Origin: an uncultured archaeon
GTDB lineage: Archaea; Asgardarchaeota; Lokiarchaeia; Sigyniarchaeales; SOKP01
Direction: 5' to 3'
Assembly: GCA_964447495.1 (NCBI GenBank)
Contig: CAYUTF010000007.1
Span: 1 to 27,212 of the forward strand
DNA: 27,212 nt
In this document: positions 23,408 to 27,212 of the stretch, one piece after another
How positions within the stretch are numbered: position 1 is the stretch's first letter
Layout of the letters: every line of letters starts with the position of its first letter
Notes under the pieces: model-generated
Seen by the model: only the letters and a program-made list of their open reading frames with translations
Told to the model about the DNA's origin: nothing
The model's database searches: none
Position numbers and translations under genes: made by a program

Positions 23408-25174
23408 ATGCCTACGATAACACTACTTTCAGGTAATGTAGCACATATCAATTTAGAGTCCCGCGATTTTGAAAGCTTTCGGAACGACGTAATTGGTGAA
23501 GGGGGCTTAGCTGATTTATACCTGCCCAACTGGACGGACAGGTCTCCTCTAGACCTCGGGGTAGCGTTAACGGAAGTGATGGCATTTTTTGCAGATAACC
23601 TGTCTTACTATCAAGATAGGTGTGCAAACGAAGCATTACCTTTAACTTGTATAGAGAGGCGTTCGGTCATTGAGCATTGTCGTTGGATAGGCTATGAGCT
23701 CCAGCCGATCCAAGGAGCTTCAGTGGAATTGACTATTGTCACTAATGGAAGTGGCACAATGCCAGCAGGGTCTAAGATACAGGTAGATACTTCTGATGGG
23801 TCTAAGCAGGCAACCTTCGAACTGTATGAAGATTTTGTTTCTACTGGGGCAGGAACGTATATTTCACAGCTTGCTGTTCACGGGGAGTCCCGGGAGGACA
23901 CCCCTCAGTCGAGTTCTGGTGGAGCAGGTCAGCAGTTTACTTTGCAGGCGGCGCCGATGGCGTTAGGGCCGGACGGTAGCCCAAGTCTTGAAGTATGGAT
24001 TGAAGAAGGCGGACCAGCAGAGATATGGACGATAGTTGGGAACTTTATCGAGTCTTCGGCTACAGATAAAGTCTACCGTATCTATACGGATGAAAACGAT
24101 ATCACTACGGTAGAGTTTGGTGATGGAGTGAAGGGAAAAATCCCGGATGCTGGAGTAGGGAATATTGTCTTCAAGTATCGAGTTGGTGGAGGAGTTGAGG
24201 GAAACCAGGTAGGTCCGAATAAGCTCACAAGGTTTCCGGCACAGCACACTTTTGTGGATTCCGTAACGAACCCCTTGAGACCTTCCGGAGGGCAAGAAAA
24301 GGAGTCCGTAGAAACCGCAAAGGTTAACGCGCCGGCGAGTTTGATCTCTATGGAGAGGGCTGTAAGGCATGACGACTATGCGGTACAGGCCATGAAGGTT
24401 TCAGGAGTGTCTTCGGCAAGTGCGAGCAGGGATTCTCGAAGTCCTTTGATAGAAATTGTAACGCTTGCAGCATATGGTGAGAACCTGGTTCCTACAGGTA
24501 CTTGGAACAAATGGACACAAACGGGTAGCGGACTGCTTGGTCAAGTAGGAGAGCATCTGCTAACACTATGCACTATCCCTATTATTCTGGACATTAGGCC
24601 ATGCCGTCCCATTTATGCAAATGTGGCTTTTGAGGTGTTCTTCATACGAACGATTCATATCGAAGACGGTTTAGCGGCAGTTAGGAACACTATTCGGGAT
24701 TATTTTTCTTCTGAAAATAGGGAGATTGGTGCGCTTCTCCCCGTATCGGGCTTGATTGCGCGGATAGAGCAGACATATGGAGTTGACTATCTCAATACTC
24801 TAAGATTTCAAAGGACACCCCTAGAGAGGCGGTTGTCTGGGCTTAATTCCGACATAACTTTTCAGATGGTACGTGTCGGGCCGGAGACTTTACGGGATAG
24901 ACACACTATAACGTTTATAACTCCGAACACATTTGAAGTGTATTCAGAGCAACACGGAAGTCAGATGGGTGTTGGGTCATTAGATTCGACATACACTACC
25001 GACGATGGTGGGTTTTCTTTTAAAATCTCAAGTGGGTCATATCCACCTATGGTTAAAGAAAAGTGGGAGATAGTAACGGGGGCTTACGTGGGTAACATAG
25101 AGTTGGATTATGATGAGGTCTGTGTGTTATCCGAGGATGAGGAAATACCCATAACCCCGAGAGTGGCTGATTAA
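23408..25174 (+). CDS. Baseplate J / T4 gp6 / Afp11-like wedge protein
   Basis: RDFESFR, PNWTDRSPLDLGVAL.E, LSYYQDR.ANE, VEFGDGVKGKIP, YRVGGG..GN, SGGQEKES, RAVRHDDY. Confidence 0.92.
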   Translation: MPTITLLSGNVAHINLESRDFESFRNDVIGEGGLADLYLPNWTDRSPLDLGVALTEVMAFFADNLSYYQDRCANEALPLTCIERRSVIEHCRWIGYELQPIQGASVELTIVTNGSGTMPAGSKIQVDTSDGSKQATFELYEDFVSTGAGTYISQLAVHGESREDTPQSSSGGAGQQFTLQAAPMALGPDGSPSLEVWIEEGGPAEIWTIVGNFIESSATDKVYRIYTDENDITTVEFGDGVKGKIPDAGVGNIVFKYRVGGGVEGNQVGPNKLTRFPAQHTFVDSVTNPLRPSGGQEKESVETAKVNAPASLISMERAVRHDDYAVQAMKVSGVSSASASRDSRSPLIEIVTLAAYGENLVPTGTWNKWTQTGSGLLGQVGEHLLTLCTIPIILDIRPCRPIYANVAFEVFFIRTIHIEDGLAAVRNTIRDYFSSENREIGALLPVSGLIARIEQTYGVDYLNTLRFQRTPLERRLSGLNSDITFQMVRVGPETLRDRHTITFITPNTFEVYSEQHGSQMGVGSLDSTYTTDDGGFSFKISSGSYPPMVKEKWEIVTGAYVGNIELDYDEVCVLSEDEEIPITPRVAD

Positions 25175-25554
25175 TGGAACTACTTAATACCCTTACTAAG
25201 TTCAGAGCCGATAGGCTATATCAGCCGTTGGATAATCTTATTAGAAGGGATATTAATGATGATTCAGTTGAAATGGTTATCGTTGGGAATGTTTTAGAGA
25301 ATCGTAAAATTAACATTGAGTACGGATTGGAACTATCCATAGCAGATAGATTTCAGACTGGGGAATTGATTTTAATTCAGGATTCATCAGGCGTAGGGTT
25401 AAGTCATCGATACAGTTTTTCTGAGCCTGAAATTAGTGAAGTTGAGTTTAGTTCCGGAATAGTCGGAGTTAACATTCAACTTTATATTCAGTGTACAGGG
25501 ATAGGTGAAAATCCCATATTTCGGTATAGGTACACAACCATACCGGTTACCTAG
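25174..25554 (+). CDS. Hypothetical beta-rich protein
   Basis: TAATG overlap with baseplate J; 126 aa. Confidence 0.65.
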   Translation: MELLNTLTKFRADRLYQPLDNLIRRDINDDSVEMVIVGNVLENRKINIEYGLELSIADRFQTGELILIQDSSGVGLSHRYSFSEPEISEVEFSSGIVGVNIQLYIQCTGIGENPIFRYRYTTIPVT

Positions 25555-25565
25555 GAGGGTATCGA

Positions 25566-26378
25566 ATGGCTTCTAAGCATTATGAATTGTCGGGTATTGA
25601 TAGCAATGTTGAAATTGGCAAAAGAGGTCCGAGAGTCAAAGATAACAGCGGTGCTGTAGAGTTTCGGAATCAAGCGGATGACGGTTTTACTATTGTCCGT
25701 GGTGCAGACCCAGTAGCAGCGAATGATTTTGTCACCAAGCGGTATATGGAAACCCGAGCTTCGGTGTATGTGACTGGGCAGATTGACGGGGGGTCTCCCC
25801 CGGCCGCAGGCACCCCGGGAAGAGTGTACATCTGTACTACGACAGGCGGCGGATACACTATCAATTATCTCTACTGGGATAACGGGGTTACTTGGGATGA
25901 GATTGCTCCATTTGAGGGGCAAGTAGTTTCGGTTACAGATGACCTTTCAGGTGGAACTGTAGAGTTTGATGGAGACCATTTATATCTTTGGGACGATGAC
26001 GGAAATGTTTGGATTGATTTAGGGCCGACGCCGGCGGCACAGGAGGTTGTGAAGTCGTCGAGATTGGCTTTTGCTTATGCCGATATTGGAGCAAATTTGA
26101 TTGTGAATGTCCCGGCAAACGCGATTGTAACCAAGGTCATTCTCAACGTAACCCAAGTGTGGGATGTAGCCCAGCCGTATATTGAGGTAGGGGATGCAGC
26201 TGACGCAGACCGGCTGATGCAGTCGAAGGGGAACGATTTAGCGAAAATTGGAGTTCAGGTTACAGACGTTGGTTATCTCTATGGAATTGCTACAGATGTG
26301 AATGTGACTTTGAGCAACGGTGGAGGCACTCCCACACAAGGGCAGGCTGTTATCGTTGTTCATTATGACCTTATTTAG
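25566..26378 (+). CDS. Putative virion structural / fibre-associated protein
   Basis: RBS AGGAGG; ADPVAANDFVTKRY resembles fibre-type motifs; C-terminal VPANAIVTKVILNVT..W....IEVGDAADADRL looks like a beta-sandwich. Confidence 0.65.
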   Translation: MASKHYELSGIDSNVEIGKRGPRVKDNSGAVEFRNQADDGFTIVRGADPVAANDFVTKRYMETRASVYVTGQIDGGSPPAAGTPGRVYICTTTGGGYTINYLYWDNGVTWDEIAPFEGQVVSVTDDLSGGTVEFDGDHLYLWDDDGNVWIDLGPTPAAQEVVKSSRLAFAYADIGANLIVNVPANAIVTKVILNVTQVWDVAQPYIEVGDAADADRLMQSKGNDLAKIGVQVTDVGYLYGIATDVNVTLSNGGGTPTQGQAVIVVHYDLI

Positions 26379-26385
26379 GTGATAA

Positions 26386-26640
26386 ATGGGTAATGTCAAA
26401 GCGGGCAATCTTGAAGGCACTCTACAAGAGGAGTTCTATATCGGGAAGGGGGATATAGATACTCCCGGGCAGAATATTATAGGACTTCGAACTGATGGTT
26501 CTGGGAACGCTGAGTATAAAGAAGCTGGGGGTTCCTGGAAGCCATTCAGTTCGTTTGGTGTAGATAGCATTCTTGTGGATGATGTAACGGGTGAAGTGTT
26601 AACAAACGACGTTTTGGGTAACGTTTTGGTAAGTGAGTAA
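26386..26640 (+). CDS. Small hypothetical protein, fibre region
   Basis: RBS AGGTG; 84 aa, tightly packed in the operon. Confidence 0.6.
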   Translation: MGNVKAGNLEGTLQEEFYIGKGDIDTPGQNIIGLRTDGSGNAEYKEAGGSWKPFSSFGVDSILVDDVTGEVLTNDVLGNVLVSE

Positions 26641-26643
26641 GAC

Positions 26644-27212
26644 ATGAGTTTTCATTCGACAGTCAGTCTTGGTGCAGTACACTGTCTGCATAATTGGGAG
26701 TATGCAAATCAAACAGCAAGAGAAGGTGCCACAGGGTTTCTTTCTACAGATGTCCACAAAGCCGCTTTGCAGTTAGATAATCTGTCTTTATGGTTATTGG
26801 TTGATACTTCACCTACTTGGCAAGCGTTTGGTAACATATCTGCTCACGGTGATCTTTCAGGGTTGCCTGCACCTTCTGATGATCATACTCAGTACTTGCA
26901 TATCGATGGTAGAAGAGCAATGTCCGGTAATTTGAGTTTGGGAGGAAACGCAATTACCAGTGTGGGTAATGTTGATGGTAGAGATGTCTCAGCCGACGGG
27001 TCCACTTTGGATTCTCATGTAGGAAATACTTCAAACCCTCACAGTGTATCAGCGGCGCAGGTGGGAGCTATACCGGCTATATCGAGTCCGGCTCATGGGG
27101 ATATCATCTATCGTGGGGCTTCTGCTTGGGATCGTCTAGCCGCGGGGACGTCGGGGTATTTGTTGCAAAGTAACGGAGCAGGGGCGGCGCCCTCATGGGT
27201 AGAAGCTCCAGA
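26644..27212 (+). CDS. Tail fibre protein, 3'-truncated (not in the ORF track)
   Basis: ATG 26644 is open to the window end: MSFHSTVSLGAVHCLHNWEYANQTAREGA...HGDLSGLPAPSDDHTQYL...VDGRDVSADG...HVGNTSNPHSVSAAQVGA...GDIIYRGASAWDRLAAGTSGYLLQSNGAGAAPSW, which are recurrent phage fibre motifs. Confidence 0.8.
   Translation, partial: MSFHSTVSLGAVHCLHNWEYANQTAREGATGFLSTDVHKAALQLDNLSLWLLVDTSPTWQAFGNISAHGDLSGLPAPSDDHTQYLHIDGRRAMSGNLSLGGNAITSVGNVDGRDVSADGSTLDSHVGNTSNPHSVSAAQVGAIPAISSPAHGDIIYRGASAWDRLAAGTSGYLLQSNGAGAAPSWVEAP

Noticed and set aside
10947-25174. Stand-alone eCIS, tailocin or T6SS
   Set aside because: The tail genes are contiguous with intact terminase, portal, scaffold and capsid genes and have a phage-type tape measure; no AAA+ ATPase or T6SS membrane complex is present.
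1683-26645. Numerous minus-strand and nested plus-strand ORFs (e.g. 7220..7801, 16160..16684, 21482..22009)
   Set aside because: They lie almost entirely over well-supported + strand structural genes, show no recognisable motifs, and look like antisense or frame shadows.
1-27212. CRISPR array, tRNA/rRNA genes, integrase, transposase, reverse transcriptase/DGR
   Set aside because: None seen. Intergenic gaps are short and lack spaced repeats or cloverleaf patterns, and no ORF carries the relevant motifs.

Overview
The window holds the virion morphogenesis operon of a contractile-tailed (myovirus-type) phage or prophage, all on the + strand and under the standard genetic code. Head genes: intein-containing large terminase, SPP1-like portal, minor head protein, scaffold, N4-gp56-like major capsid. 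Neck genes include an adaptor with an FN3 domain. Tail genes: enlarged sheath, T4-gp19/Afp1-like tube, tail chaperone with an unannotated -1 frameshift extension, tape measure, then an eCIS/T4-like baseplate (tube initiator, LysM, GpD-like hub, gp5/gpV-like spike, gp25, baseplate J) and the start of fibre genes. The left edge cuts a gene with an Asp-Ala/Asp-Thr repeat and a Cys-rich module, resembling myxobacterial/deltaproteobacterial surface proteins. A structured non-coding region separates it from the terminase. Product calls rest on recognised motifs and gene order only; no database search was run.
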